Part shown: positions 12,163 to 25,034 of the stretch, one piece after another | How positions within the stretch are numbered: the stretch's first letter is position 1 | Layout of the letters: each line of letters starts with the position of its first letter | Assembly: GCA_013239625.1 (NCBI GenBank) | Contig: MU053994.1 | Span: forward strand, 4,073,434 to 4,137,433 | DNA length: 64,000 bases | Source of the DNA: Lama guanicoe | Taxonomy: Eukaryota | Direction of reading: 5' to 3' | Notes under the pieces: model-generated | Seen by the model: only the letters and a program-made list of their open reading frames with translations | Databases searched by the model: none | What the model was told of the DNA's origin: nothing | Made by a program: the position numbers and the translations under genes

Positions 12163-12660
12163 AGTGGTTTTAGAACATGTTCACAAAGTCTTTGACATTC
12201 CTCCAACCAAGAAGTGGAGCCTATGTCCCCATCCCTCAAATTATCCAACATAGTACAACAAAATTGGTAAGACTAGGTTACAAAAGGCGATGTAGCTTCC
12301 TCCTTTTTTTTTTTTTTTTTTGGATCTTTGAAAAACCATCTGAGAAATCCAATCCTCAGGCTGCCATTTTTTGAGGAAACTCAAGCCACCAAAAGAGGCT
12401 ACTTGTGGGCTCTCTAGTCAACAGTTCCAAATGAATCCAGTATTTGAGTTATTCTAGCTCAGGTGTGAGGCTTGTGAGTAAACAAGGCTTCATATGATTC
12501 TAGCCTCCAGCTGTTAAATCATCCCCAGCTTTCAGGTCATTCCTGCTGAGTCTACAGATATCATTAAGCAGATACAGTTCATCCCCACTCTGCTCTCTTC
12601 AAATCCCTGATCCACAGAATCCCTGAGCATAATAAAATGGTTGTTTCACACCACTAAGGA
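12163..12660 (+). mobile_element. MLT1F/G-like MaLR LTR
   Basis: catgttcacaaagtctttgacattcctcc...agaagtggagcctatgtcccc and ctgatccacagaatccctgagcataataaaatggttgttt. Confidence 0.8.
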
Positions 12661-12869
12661 TAGCACTGGGAAGCAGAGATTATCCTGGAAGCTCTAGTGG
12701 TGCTTTGCGTAAGAGACATGTCCACCTCTATGGACTCTAGTTCAAAGATTGGGAAACCACGCAGAAAATGTGATTTTTGAGCTACTATACTCTATTTTAG
12801 TTGAGCCTCATTGAATTTACTGGAATTTGGAATTGTGTTAGTTCTTTGAGGTATGTGAGCTAGACAAGG

Positions 12870-13893
12870 GTGATGAAAATACCAAGCACAAATATCTCTG
12901 TGACTTAGGGACAGAAATGGACTTCTTAAAAAAGCACAAACACATGGAAAATGACATCAAAATTAGAGACACTATGGAGAAGGTTGTGATAACAGGGTAA
13001 AAAATGAGAGAAGTCATTTGCCTGAAACTGACATGGAATTAATATCTAAAATATACAAGCAATTACAGCAAGTAAACAAGAAAAGATGATACTCTTCATA
13101 GAAAATTGGGCAAAAAATATGAATAAAAAATTTACAGAATAAGAAACTCTAAAAGCCAACAAGCGTATGTAAAGGTGCTCAAAATCAAGAGTAATCAGAG
13201 AAATGAATATTAAAACAATAATGAGAATCCACTTTACACCTGACTAAGAAAAAAATGAGGAAATTTGGTAAAGTCAAGTGCTGTTGGGAATGTGGGCATA
13301 TATTGCTGATGAGAGTGAGGACCAGAGCAGCCACTCTGTTAGAAAGCAAGTTGGTACTCCTTAGGCTAAGCACCAATATGCATACACTGTGACCTGGCCA
13401 GTCTTCATCTAGGATTAATTTATAAGAAGTCTTCACACAGCTCCATAAAGGGAATACATGAGGTTGTTAATTGCCTTATTACAATTACAACGAATTGATG
13501 CTACCTGAATGGCCATTCACCGGGAGACTTGAGAAAAGAAATGTAGCAGATGTTCATCACGGAGTATTGTGAAGCAAGTAGAAGCGAGAATTCAGCACTC
13601 ATATGGATCCTAAAAGTGATGCAAAGTGAAAAAAAGTAAGAAAAAAATGAGATATAAAACAAATTGTCAGTTTTATAAACTAAAATTTCATCAGTACAAA
13701 ATAATGATCCACATTTTACAAGAGCATAAATGAACCATCAAGAGAATAGTTGCTGAAGGTTGAGGTACTGGAAATGAATAAGAAGGGAATAAATAAGTAA
13801 ATAAAATAAAAGAGGAGCCTTGCACAAACCAATGATAATACCGTGAACTGAAAGGTATAATGAATATAACTTTCTGCACCTGAAATCCAAAGA
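12870..13893 (+). mobile_element. L1ME-type ORF2 end and 3'UTR
   Basis: aatatctaaaatatacaag, tagaaaattgggcaaaaaatatgaat, gtaatcagagaaatgaatattaaaacaataatgaga, terminal ctgcacctgaaatcc. Confidence 0.8.
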
Positions 13894-14139
13894 TCATCAG
13901 TACAAACCAATAAGCTCAGATCAAGGTTTCTGGGATCTCTGATTGTTCTGATTAGTTTTAATTCTTCCTGAAATTAGCTTCTTTTGTCCTCTCTACATTT
14001 CTATCTGGACATACACAATTAAGTTAGACTACCAGGTGTGGGTTACTAATGTGCTACACATTTCTATCAAGAAATTTCACAAGAGCTCGTTTGGTAATCT
14101 TGTGATTCTGTACCTTGATTCAAGTGACTTAAAATTTTC

Positions 14140-15350
14140 CTTGATTATGAAAATAATCCATATTCATTGTGGAACATTTAGAAAATACAAGAAAAAGGTC
14201 AAGAAAAAATATTTTAAAAAAGAAGCAAGAAGAAAATAATCTCATCACCCAGAAATAATTACAGTTAATATTTAGATATATTTACTTCCAGTCTTTTTTT
14301 CCAAATATAAGTATGGCTGTGTAAGTATTAATATTAAACATGCATATAGATACACAAATATATGTGCATATGTATAATATTTTTGCAATCATACTATATG
14401 CAAATTTCACTGTTGTCAGAATTAAGTAGCATATTTTTTTAAATCTTTGCTTAGTTTACAGGTATTAATGGCATCGCATTATTTCAGTTTGCATTTATTT
14501 GATTACCAGTACAGTTTTATTTCTTATGTTTCTTAGCTATTTTTATTTTCTCTTTTGTGAATCTTTGTTCATTATTTTTTAGGACTCTTGTTAAAAATCA
14601 ATTGTATATTTTCTCTATATTGTGACTATCATTAAATCTTTGTCATGTTTCTTTTAATTTTATTTATGCTGAAGTATTATAGAGTTTTTTATAGGTTAGT
14701 TCAAACTATCATTCATTCATTCTGTTTTTCCACATAATTTTTAAGCTTAGAATATCTTTCCTTACCAATAATTTCTCCTCTCTGTTTATGTATCAGTGAG
14801 TTTATTTATAATTTTAAAACTTTTATTCTTTGATCAAACCAGGAACTTACTTTATTATACAGTAAGAGAGGGATGTTGATTTTGTCAGCCTCTGTCATTG
14901 AATAGTCCTTATTTTTTCTATTAAATGTCAATTTTTCCTTTATTATGAATTAATTCATACACACACACACAGTTGTTTCTGTTTCTTCTGTGGCATTAAT
15001 CAACTTGTCTATCCTTGCACCAGAGTTATAATGTTATAATTATTATAAGTTTATAATATATTTTAATAACTAATGACTGCTAGACAATTCCTATAATACC
15101 CTTTTTGAAAACCATATTTTAACCTATTCACTGCTTCAAAATTATTTTAAGTTTCAAAAACAAATTCCATTTGAAATTTTACTGGCGATTCCTGAAACAA
15201 CACAATCATCTGGGAATAAGCAGAATCTTCAAGATATTTAGAATTTATATCCAAAATGATAGAACCCTTCATTTATTTGTCATTTGAAAAATCTTTCAGT
15301 GAAGTTTAGTCATTCTCTTTGTATGCATTGTTCACATCGTCTTGAGTAAG
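14140..15350 (-). mobile_element. L1ME/L1MC-type degraded 3' and ORF2 fragments
   Basis: atattcattgtggaacatttagaaaatac...tcacccagaaata and tttcagtttgcatttatttgattaccagt resemble antisense old L1. Confidence 0.65.
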
Positions 15351-15799
15351 GTGATTCTTGACTGCTGCTGCAGTCATCGGCTACCATACAATCTGGCATC
15401 AAACCACCTCAGCTGTGGCCAACCAAGATGGTCATCTCTGACCAACTGTGGAAAGAAGCATATCAGTGGAAACCAAGTTGGAGAGACTCACCCCTATCAT
15501 CTTTAGGAGGAAGTTTTAGTGCAGGATTGCAGTGACTGCCTGTTTATTTTTCCCTACATACCTTTCAGTCTCTAGGGGAAGACAGTGAGGGTGGGTCACA
15601 GGCCCAACCAACATTCTGTCCTTCAAACCCTATTGTTATTTCAGAGGAGAGATCCATAATATTTTTCTAAATTTAGTCACTTCTCCACTGCATTTAGTGG
15701 AAACTCCTATAGCATTCAGCACGTGATTGGGTATTACTCACAATTTCATTGTTATGGCTTTGTATTTTATTTTGCTCTGTTATAAGCATTTTATTGGAG

Positions 15800-16180
15800 A
15801 CATGGGTCAGGACAGGCTAAGTCCTGCTGCAGTAACAATCATTCCCCAAATTTCATGAGCTTTATACGAGACGAGAGTATTTTTGATTCCTACTGTTTGT
15901 CCAGTACAAGTCGTCTGGAGGAATCTCACTGTTGTAAGCTTAAGGAGATTCTGTCTCATCACATCTTTTCACTATCACTGCAGCAGGGAAAAGAAATGTG
16001 GGTGAATCACATTCCATCTCTTAAAGCTTCCACACAGGATTATCACTTTAACATTCTTTCAGTGACCAAAGCAAGTCACATGGCCTTACCTGATTTCAAA
16101 CATGGAAAGGAAGTATAATTCCACCATATGTCCAGAAGGAGAGCAAGCTACTTGTGAATGGCTCAAATGACTAGTACACA
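15800..16180 (-). mobile_element. MLT1K/L-like MaLR LTR
   Basis: gtcaggacaggctaagtcctgctgcagtaacaa...tgaccaaagcaagtcacatggccttacctgatttcaa...ccaccatatgtccagaaggagag. Confidence 0.8.
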
Positions 16181-17311
16181 GTCACATTTTAAGTCTCGTT
16201 TCGGTGACTTTTTAAAAATGATGGTCATCTGGCTTCTTAATCATTTACAGTAAATAGAATGAGTCACTTGTCAAGTGAGTAGTGGATTAGAACCCAGAAA
16301 GGTGTTAATCCTGGTAGAAAAGCAACCTATTTTTAAAGGCAAAGACCAAATAGGATAGAAGTTATGTCTTTGATACTGGAAAAATCTATCTTTCAGCATT
16401 CAGCATTCAGATGGGGACTGAAGGGGATAAACGTCTCGGCTGTTTTATCCATGGAACAACTGTAAAGCCCATGCATTCAGAACTTTCTTTCATTGCCTGA
16501 ATACTTTATTATGTATATTGACTTCTTCTTCCTTCCAAAGACAGAATCTCAGAGCATGAGTGTAATCACTTGAATGCTGAGTGTCCTCTTCTATTGGCTT
16601 TTAGGCATTCACTGTTTCTTTTTAACAACAGAGGAGAGGGAAGTCCTGTTGCTCTAATATGCCGTTTCAAACAATCCTGGACTGTGAGGCTGCCAACTCA
16701 GGCATCAGTTAAGTCAGGATCAGGGAGCATCGGGTCCCATGAGTCAGGAGGGAGAATCTACCAAATACATATCTCATACTGATTAAAATAAATGAATGCT
16801 CTGTAGCTCTAACTGGTGTCAAAAGACATTTACAGTTTTCCGAGCCTGTTTCCCATGTCTGCTTGGCACCGAGACTGCCGGGATCAATGGTCCAATTTTA
16901 GTTCCACTTTCTTCTTCCATCATTCCCCACATTCAGCTCTTCGGAAGTGAGTTAATAATGTAAAATCTGGCTGAATTAAATTCATTTAACTGTGCTGCCA
17001 ATTCTCTTCCCTTCATGCATTTTTAAAGAGATCTCAAACCGGTGATGGATTTCTAATGCTCTAGGAAAAGAAAGCAAGGATGAGACAGTAAAGCTGAATG
17101 GGATAAATTGTTTATTATAATTACTCTGTTGAATTATCTCACTTTATACCCAGAAGGAAGAGGAAATATCAACCTCTGTAGGCTTTGCAAGGGGTAATAT
17201 GAGTGGTGGGAAAAAAATTGCAGAAACTGCTTTAGTCAGTGAAAGAAGCGACATAGTGCGGCTTCACATGGAAAGCTGTGAACAGTGAAATACGAGGTGG
17301 GAGAGGGGTCC

Positions 17312-17325
17312 GTTTCTATAGCAAC
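17312..17325. promoter_or_regulatory. RFX X-box motif
   Basis: gtttctatagcaac fits RYYNYYWWRRNRAC at every position; extra half-site tagcaac at 17384-17390; motif match only. Confidence 0.4.
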
Positions 17326-18859
17326 CCAGCCGATTCCAGCTAGGGCGATGATGATTCTTTTCAGCTTACAGTTAGAAATAAATTAGCAACCAGGCCTCAG
17401 ACTGTGCTTGTGTTTGACACTGTGAGTGTGTGAGCTCCCTATAAATATGGTCGAATTTGAACCCTAGTCTTTGCTCTTATGTTGTCTCCAGTTCTCCCCA
17501 AATCCTCTTGTCTTGTTAAACTGACTGATGGAATAAGCGTGTAGAATCTTAATGTTCAGAAGAAGAGAAAAAGACAAAGTTTCTGTCAGATATCTCATAA
17601 CAAAAGCTTAAGATTTCAGTGAGCAGATTCCTTCTCATGAGGGAATATTCCTAGAAGTTAAAAACCCATGTATTTATTAACTTGGATGAGTCTGTTGGCA
17701 TTCGAGTGTTAAAGTCATCTGCCTTCATAGGCAGGTGTTAGGAAGAAATTGTTCATGGCCCTTTTCTTTGGAACTTCCAGTCGCAAGACCTTCCCCCACC
17801 CCATGGCAAATAAACTCCTGGAATTTGATGTTTTACTTCCTACCTCCCTACTTGCAGTGTCTGTTCCCATAAAGCTGTCTTGTTTATCCTGATTATAAGA
17901 TGGGTCTAATGCTGTCATTTGTTACTGACTCAGTCAGTTCTCTTATTTATACTTTCATGACCAGCCAGAGCGTTGAAAGACTTTGCATTCTGGTTCCACA
18001 CGTCCATGTATTGGATTCCTTAAATGGAACCAGGGACCATCCTGCTGCTAGAAATGTTCTTCATCACCTCACAGTTCCTGAGGCTTCATTTGTGCAACAT
18101 GGACACAAGTGGCAATGGCTCTGGAAACCGTGCTCCTGTTAATTTCATGTTTAGCAAGACAATTCGGGAAATCCAGCCCACGGCAGTGGTGCAAAGCTGG
18201 GTGGCTTATTCAGTCTTTCACCTGGCAAAATTTCGCATTCAGTGGAGCTATAAGAGTGCAGGTGCTCCCAATAAAATGGAAAATGCTTTTTCTATTAATA
18301 ATGCAGCACACTCTGTCCTGTTGTCTCTGGATCCTTTTGCCAACTCAAAAAAAAAAAAGGAAGGAAGAAAGCTTTCACACAAATCCCAAACACCTCTGGA
18401 GAAAGCACTATATATCAGTAAGTGACAGAGGGAAGATTTGAAATTTGAGATGCAGGATTTGAGAGGGGTTTTCTATTACACTGAGTTTTCCTCTTTTTTG
18501 GTTATCCACCAACCATCTGCTGCTCCATTCTTGGGACTTAAGATCCTAAAAGTGTCTCCCATAGGGTTGGAATAAATTCTTGGCAATTAGAACAGCCGGT
18601 TTCCCTTACCACTCTCAGAGCTGAACTCTGTTGGAGCCAAATGGAGTTTTGTGCTATATCAATGCAAAGATTGATGAAATAAAGTTTGACATCACAAGAG
18701 CTTCTCCTGACAAGTGACTTGGAACCTTGACAGGGGCCATATCCCAATGTTTTCACTTATGACTGGGCTACTGAGGTCACTTCAATGGACCGAGCCCCCC
18801 ATCTTGTCATCCCAAGCCACCACTTAAAAAGTAAACTCTTCTGGTAACCCATCTGCCCA

Positions 18860-19080
18860 TGTGTACTTATTCCAATGTATTCCTTTCCCATGACACTTTG
18901 CTGCTGCCCTCCTTATACCCCAAGTGTTCCCTCTGAGCTTGGAACTTCTGTATCATTGTTGTAAAGATACATTCCATCCTCTGCTTTGTCCCAGAATTCC
19001 TTACCTCCTGACTCTAACTGAAAAATGGTTCTCTCTCCTAAGGGCTCTCCTGCAACCCTCCTGAGCCGTGGTGATTGTTC
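18860..19080 (+). mobile_element. L2 ORF2 endonuclease N-terminal remnant
   Basis: 19005-19034 translates LLTLTEKWFS, matching the L2 APE-endonuclease motif LLALTETWLS. Confidence 0.7.
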
Positions 19081-19089
19081 CCTATTACT

Positions 19090-19460
19090 TTTCCAGTTAT
19101 CTCTTGCAGCATAATGAACTATCATAAAACTTAAGACTTTAAAACACCATTTTATGTTGCTCAAGATATTGTGGATCTGCAGTTCATGAAGGGCTTAGTT
19201 GGGAATTTTTTTCTCTAACCCATGTGGCATCAACTGGGGCATCCAGGGCTGGAGGGTCCCCTTTGACAATGGCTTCTTCATTCACATTTCTGGTGTCCCC
19301 GTGCTTCTTGGCCTCTCTAGCTCCCCAAATTCCATCACATCCTCACAGCATGGTAGTGTCAGAGTAGAGAGTTTTGTTACAGAGCCGACTAATTTCCCCA
19401 GAGTGAGTGTTCCAGAGACTCAGAAGCCACAAGGCTCTTATGGTTCAGCCCTGCATTTTC
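19090..19460 (-). mobile_element. MLT1H-like MaLR LTR fragment
   Basis: cagttatctcttgcagcataatgaactatcataaaacttaag...ggctggagggtcc...atggcttcttcattcacatttctggtg. Confidence 0.7.
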
Positions 19461-19697
19461 AATTGTTTTATTTCCAATCATACCAAATAAGGAGAAATCT
19501 CCACTGGTCTCTTGTTTGTAATAGGTAGGGGAATTCTCTTCTCAGCTATAAAGCCGGATGCCAGTTTGATTTGTATAACCCTGAGCCCCAAATTCCTTGC
19601 TCTGTAAGCATTAATTTCTTATTGATCCTCTGAACTGGAATGGAAACTTTTCCTCTTCAACTGCCTCACTCTTTGACTCTGCAGAATGCATGAGTGA

Positions 19698-19755
19698 TGA
19701 AGGAGGTTGAAGGAGGTTGAAGGAGGAGGAGGAGAACATGGAGGAGAAGGAGGAA
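19698..19755. repeat. GA-rich low-complexity tract with tandem (gaaggaggtt)
   Basis: gaaggaggttgaaggaggttgaaggaggaggaggagaac. Confidence 0.8.
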
Positions 19756-19759
19756 ATAA

Positions 19760-19948
19760 TCTGGGCACTTCTCTAATATCTTTACGTTAATTATCGAATT
19801 TAATCTTCTTAAGGACTCTATTCCATATTACTTATAAGGACGCTAAGGTTTGGCTAAATTAAGTAACTCAAAATCTTACAACAAATAATAAGAGGTAGGA
19901 CTCCACCTCAGGTCTGTCTGATTTCAGTCTGTGCTCTTGACCATCATG
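19760..19948 (-). mobile_element. MIR SINE
   Basis: ctgggcacttctctaa...atttaatcttc...taagtaact...caggtctgtctgatttcagtctgtgctcttgaccatca. Confidence 0.7.
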
Positions 19949-20649
19949 CAATGGTCATGGACGCTCTCTTTGACCAGAATGGTTCATGCCAGTCTGCCCT
20001 TGTCCTCTGCCTGCGCATAGCATGCTTTGCCCTGGAGGGTATTCCAGGATTCATTGGTCCATTATTCATCCTCCCCACTACTTTCAACCACTCATCCTGT
20101 TGCACATGGAACTCTATAAAATGAGGCTGGAGAAGGTGTTGGGAGGATGATACCTCACTCACAAAGATAGTCGCTATGTAGTTAAGAGGGTGACACTGGC
20201 TTTTGTCCTTCTATAGCTTTGTGCTTTGAGCTAAAGGCAGAAGGTGGTGATGGCCCAAACTTCCTGCCACCCACTTCCAAGCTGTGCTATTCTGTTCAGA
20301 TTTTAAGCATGCCTCAGTTATTTATTGTGTTTCTTAATCCACACATATCTATGATGTAATTGATGACAGTTTCCCCTGCTTCCATGCTTTGCTGGAAACT
20401 CCTCCCGGGTTTATTGTGCCATCTTATTCTCATAATTAGTTTATCATTGCTGCCATAATGTTTCCCTTTCATTAGGTTATTCTACATTTTTAAGAGGAAT
20501 CTGAGAAAAGGTTGAATCAAAAACTTTAGCCAGTTATCATTTTGATACAAAACCTTCACTCTTTTCTCAATGTTTGTTGTTTATTAATATCCTAGGCAGG
20601 AAAAAAGTTAAGAATTGCCCTCTTTGATGCTATAGTAGTATTGATATTA

Positions 20650-21400
20650 ATTTCAAGTAACAAATATTTATGAAGAACTAAGAATGTGCAAAGTGCAGTG
20701 TTCAGCAACTTGAGGATATATAGAAAAATCATAATTCTTATCTTCAAGTACCCAGTAGGAAGGACAGATATATCTATGATTCACTGTGTCTTTTTTATAT
20801 CCCATTTGCCACTTTCCCTCCTATAGCAAAGTGTTAAGAGAGTCCAGAAGGGGAAGGAATTATTTTCTGTGAGGTCACTGGAAAAGCATTTTCAAGAAAT
20901 CTTAGGTTGGATTCCCTGAGAGGCAGACACTGAGAGTAGTATTTGAACACAAAGTTTATTTGGGAGGTGATGTCAGGAAGCCAAAGAGGGTGTGAAGCAT
21001 GTCACTTGTTATGGGCAACTGGGGCTCAATCCCACTGGGGACCATTGGGAGATGGTGAAGAACACATCTTAGTGTTGTTCTACTTGAGGAGGAAGGAAAA
21101 TGAGATATTTACCAAATCCTGTTTATCATTGTTTGCAGACTCTGCCCGGGGGTGTTAAGGTTCCAGTACTTCTGAGCTGCCCCTCATAAGGGCTGAGTCC
21201 ATTCCTGTGCAACCATCAAAAGGTCTCAGACAAAGAGATAAAACTGAGTGGTGCACGGAGACAGAATTTGGCTGAGGCACGCAGAGCATCTGCTTCCCTG
21301 GAGGAGGTGGTATTTAAATTGAACCTTAGAGATGTCGTGATATGGGGGTAAGCATTTTAGCATACAAGAGTAGGAAGGACTAAGGCAGCATTTGTGTGGT
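20650..21400 (-). mobile_element. L2 3' fragment split by an ERVL LTR
   Basis: aacaaatatttatgaagaactaagaatgtgcaaagtgcagtg; resumes at cttccctggaggaggtggtatttaaattgaacctt. Confidence 0.55.
20898..21290 (-). mobile_element. ERVL solo LTR (LTR16-like)
   Basis: tcttaggttggattccctgagaggcagacactgaga...tttgaacacaaagtttatttgggaggtgat is the antisense LTR16-family 3' end. Confidence 0.7.
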
Positions 21401-24209
21401 CCGTGGCAAATATAATAAAGCACCAAAGTTTGAAAATGATTCACATTTTTAAAATTAGAGAAAATTCAAGGTTATCCCTATAAATATTCATTCTCACTCC
21501 CTTGCTTTGAGTGGGAGAGAACTTAGCTCCCAAGAGTTTGCTCAGAGGGAATCGTGCCTCACTCACAGCCTGCTTCCTCTAGTTAATATCTGGGTTGCTT
21601 TGACTTATTACACTGTTTGACTTCTCTGCAGGATTTGGGGGTTGGTCAAAATCCAGAGATATGTCTATGTGAGCCGTGTTGTGGCGTGTGGAGATGTCAT
21701 TCCTTATATGTGTCGCTTTGAATAAAAGGTTAAGAACTGCTGATATAAGGCTTGAAAATGTGACAGATGGGTTCAAGAAAAAACAAATAACCCAGTGGTT
21801 GGGGCGTAGGTTGTAGTGTGTGTGGATAGGGGCTGAGGGTGGATGAGGAAGGGAAAGGAGAGGTATATATGGCAGTGTAATGACTGATTATTTCAGTCAT
21901 AAATATATTGTACATTAACAATGAATATATATACATAAATTGTATATATTATATATTAATTTTTTTTGTAATTTAATATTGGGCAAGTGTTCACAGGCCT
22001 TAATCCCAGCATCTCTAAAATAACTAAAGAGGAGCTGTATATCACAAGAGTGAAGATTGTTCAGGTGAATTCTCCTTTTACTTGCATGGAGGGAGGAGAA
22101 ATATCAAATCATATTGTCTGCTTCACAAGATGCAACTGCACCCCGCCACTGAGACCTATGTGAGGTTTCATTTTAACCTTAGGAAATATTGAAATTTTTG
22201 ACAAGATAGGTTATCAGTAGGTTGGGAACCTGCATCAAAATTTGCACTTGTTGGAAAGTGCTTCATTCTGGACAGACAGCTGTCATCCCTGATAAGACAC
22301 TCCCATATGGCCCTGAAGCTTTGGAAACCTAACAGTACCACCTCATCACTGCTGTGCTTAGCCCGAATTTCCCATGGGGCACAAGGCTGTGAACTGTGAA
22401 TAGGTGAGGTTTATTTAAAACATTTTCATTTCCGATTTGCACAATGTGGAATGGAGTATTCTGTGTCGTGTGAGTACATGAAATTCTGAGGATATGGAGG
22501 ACTTGTGTGGGAGCTAGACTTGGTCACACAGATTGTCACAGAAGTGGAAATTACATTCTTCTGGGGGAAGTTGATGAAACAGTGGCAGTGCACAGAAATT
22601 CTGCTTATAGAGAAAAACAAAAAAGATGGATGACTCTTGTTACAGATATAATGTCAAAGATGAGGGATAGTACTTAACATCCTCTTCAAAGTTGCCTCTT
22701 CAACTTTTGAAGTTCAGCTTCTTCCGGGGTTAAAGGGAGTTTCATATTATTCCCTTTCCACTGGTCCAGCCCACAATGCAAGCCTTATCACTCCTCCACG
22801 GTGGCTCTGTGACCGCTGCTGGTTCAACAAGAACCTTGAACCCCCAAGCCCATTTTCTCAGGGCTGTTTCCGTAGGAAAGCCAGTGATGAGTTTGCAGTG
22901 GGACCAGCCACACTTCCCTTTGACACCCTGTGCTTCTGTCTCCACACAAGGCAGGAAGGGTGAGATAAATTTTACTGAAGGAATGAGGGGGATCGATTTA
23001 AGATGGGGACAACTTAAAATTTAGTGCTATACCATGAGTTTTTCCCCATTTTTTGAGACAACCAGGTAAGTTGAACCTCTCCCAGTGAGGTTACCAACTC
23101 CATCCTTGTTCCCGACCTGTTTTTCCCCATTCGTGCTCTCAAAAAGAGAAAAGGAAGTATCTTCCTATTTTCTCTCTAATTGTTAAGTTCTCTCCTTCTC
23201 AATCAAATTCTTCTTTTCCATTAGCACTCAAAGAGTGTCAAAATCCTCTTTTTTATTCTTCATCCCTTCCTCCCCAATTATTCGCCATTGAAACTGCTGG
23301 GAAAAAATAAATAGGCCCTTTGTTGAGCTTTTCGCTTGTACCAGCTACTTTCTTAGCTACGATAGAGAAACTTGAGATTACCGCCTTATTAGCTAGTGAC
23401 CTTCATTTCTCCAATCATCCTCTTCCTTTTGAAGAGGAGAGGAGGAGGAGAAATTATTTGTTGACTTTTTAAAAAAAGGGATAATGTAAGACCCTATTGG
23501 AGTGATACTGTTATTTTTATGAAGTGGAAATAATCAGTGGAAATTGATTTGCATTGTGGGAACTGATCATAGACTCCTATACTCCCTCAACTGTTTTCCT
23601 CTGTTTCCTGGTACAAACTCTCCTGTGGCCCTTTTCTCAGTGGCTCAGCTTTTCTGTCCATTGGCCAAAGACCAAACCCCACTGGATTCTGTTCCTCCAG
23701 AGGCCAGTATTGAGAGAGGCATATAACTAGTAATAAATGCTTGTTAAATGGATTTATGTCCAAGCCACCATCTCCCCTCTGAGAGTCCCATTCGACAAAT
23801 TCGAAATGAGATTCTCATTTTGCAAAATTTCTGGAAACCTAATCCAATATCCACTACTGGGGAGAATGGGGCTGGAAAGAAGAGGATCGATATTTAGGGA
23901 GTATCAACTCCATATTTATTCTTTAAAACAGTCTTATTACTAATGAGGATATTGGAACACACAAAGTTAAGAAGTTTGCAGGTCACAGGTTGTTATGAGA
24001 CAGACCTGAGATACAAACCTGAGACTGTCTTTGAGGCCCAAGTCTTTTCATCTTACTTCCTCTTAATCATTGCCTAATAGAGAAAAAAACTGGTCTATTC
24101 CACATTATGCTACTGGATGAATTTTGTCAAAGCTTTCTTTTTGCTCACACCTCCTCAGTCAGTCCTCTTCATCTGACATTAGAGTCCTTACTACTCAGCT
24201 TGAATAGCA

Positions 24210-24785
24210 CGGCAGTATAGCCCAGTGGTAAACAACTCCTGTGAGTCAGTGCCAATGGGGGATCTATCATTTCTTACTTACCCTCCTGAAACTATTCTCT
24301 AAAATGGGCATAATAATCTTGTCTTCATCAGTTTGGGAAACTACAAGAAAATGCCATAAGCTGGGAGGTTGATGTATAACAGAAATTTATTTCTCACAGT
24401 TCTGGAGGCTGGAAGTGCAAGATCAGAGTACCAGCATGGTTGAGTTCTAGTCAGGGTCCTCTTCCCAGTTGCAGAGTGCCAACTTCTCATATACTCACAG
24501 GGTAGAAGGAGCTCTGGCTAGCTCTACGATCTCTTCTTATAAGGGCACGAATTCCATTTGTGAGGGCTCCACCATCATGACCTAATTACTTCGCAAAGGT
24601 CCCACCTCCAAACCCCATCCCACTGGAATTTGGGCTTCAACATATGAATTTGGAGAGGGACACCAACATTGAGTCCACTGCAAATAGTATTTACCTCATA
24701 TAGTTTTTGAGGGTTAAATAATATAATCCATATAAAGTGCTCAGCACAGTACGCAGTAAGAACTTGGTAAAGGTAAGCTAGTACT
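24210..24785 (+). mobile_element. MIR SINE split by MLT1A
   Basis: ctaaaatgggcataataat [LTR] aatagtatttacctcatatag...ttaaat...aaagtgctcagcacagt is colinear with MIR. Confidence 0.8.
24320..24682 (-). mobile_element. MLT1A MaLR solo LTR nested in MIR
   Basis: tgtctt...aacagaaatttatttctcacagttctggaggctggaagt...ttcaacatatgaatttgg...ca; degenerate TSD aatct/aatag. Confidence 0.92.
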
Positions 24786-25034
24786 ACGATATGTTGGTGT
24801 TATTAATAGAACTTTACCACACCTTTCCTTTCTAACCTTTATTTTTTTCTCCAAAAGTTCATTACAGCACAAACTTGCCACAAGTCAGGCTGGGCTCTCC
24901 ATGCCTTGCCAAACTCTATGTTTATCTCTGCCTTTATTCTTTTACTTAAACTAACATCTCTTCCTTTCCATCTGCTCATGCAAATCTGATCAATTTTCTC
25001 ACTTTCTCAGGCAAAGCTGGTCACTCCAAATAGT

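Noticed and set aside
12174..12724. p53 half-sites gaacatgttc and agacatgtcc
   Set aside because: Isolated half-sites about 540 bp apart; no paired decamer.
15360..15540. Short open frame suggesting a processed pseudogene fragment
   Set aside because: Translation matches nothing I recognise; no poly(A) or TSD.
18024..18425. Longest ORF (133 aa) as a protein-coding gene
   Set aside because: No recognisable domain, a poly(A)-derived lysine run, and a length compatible with chance in 64 kb.
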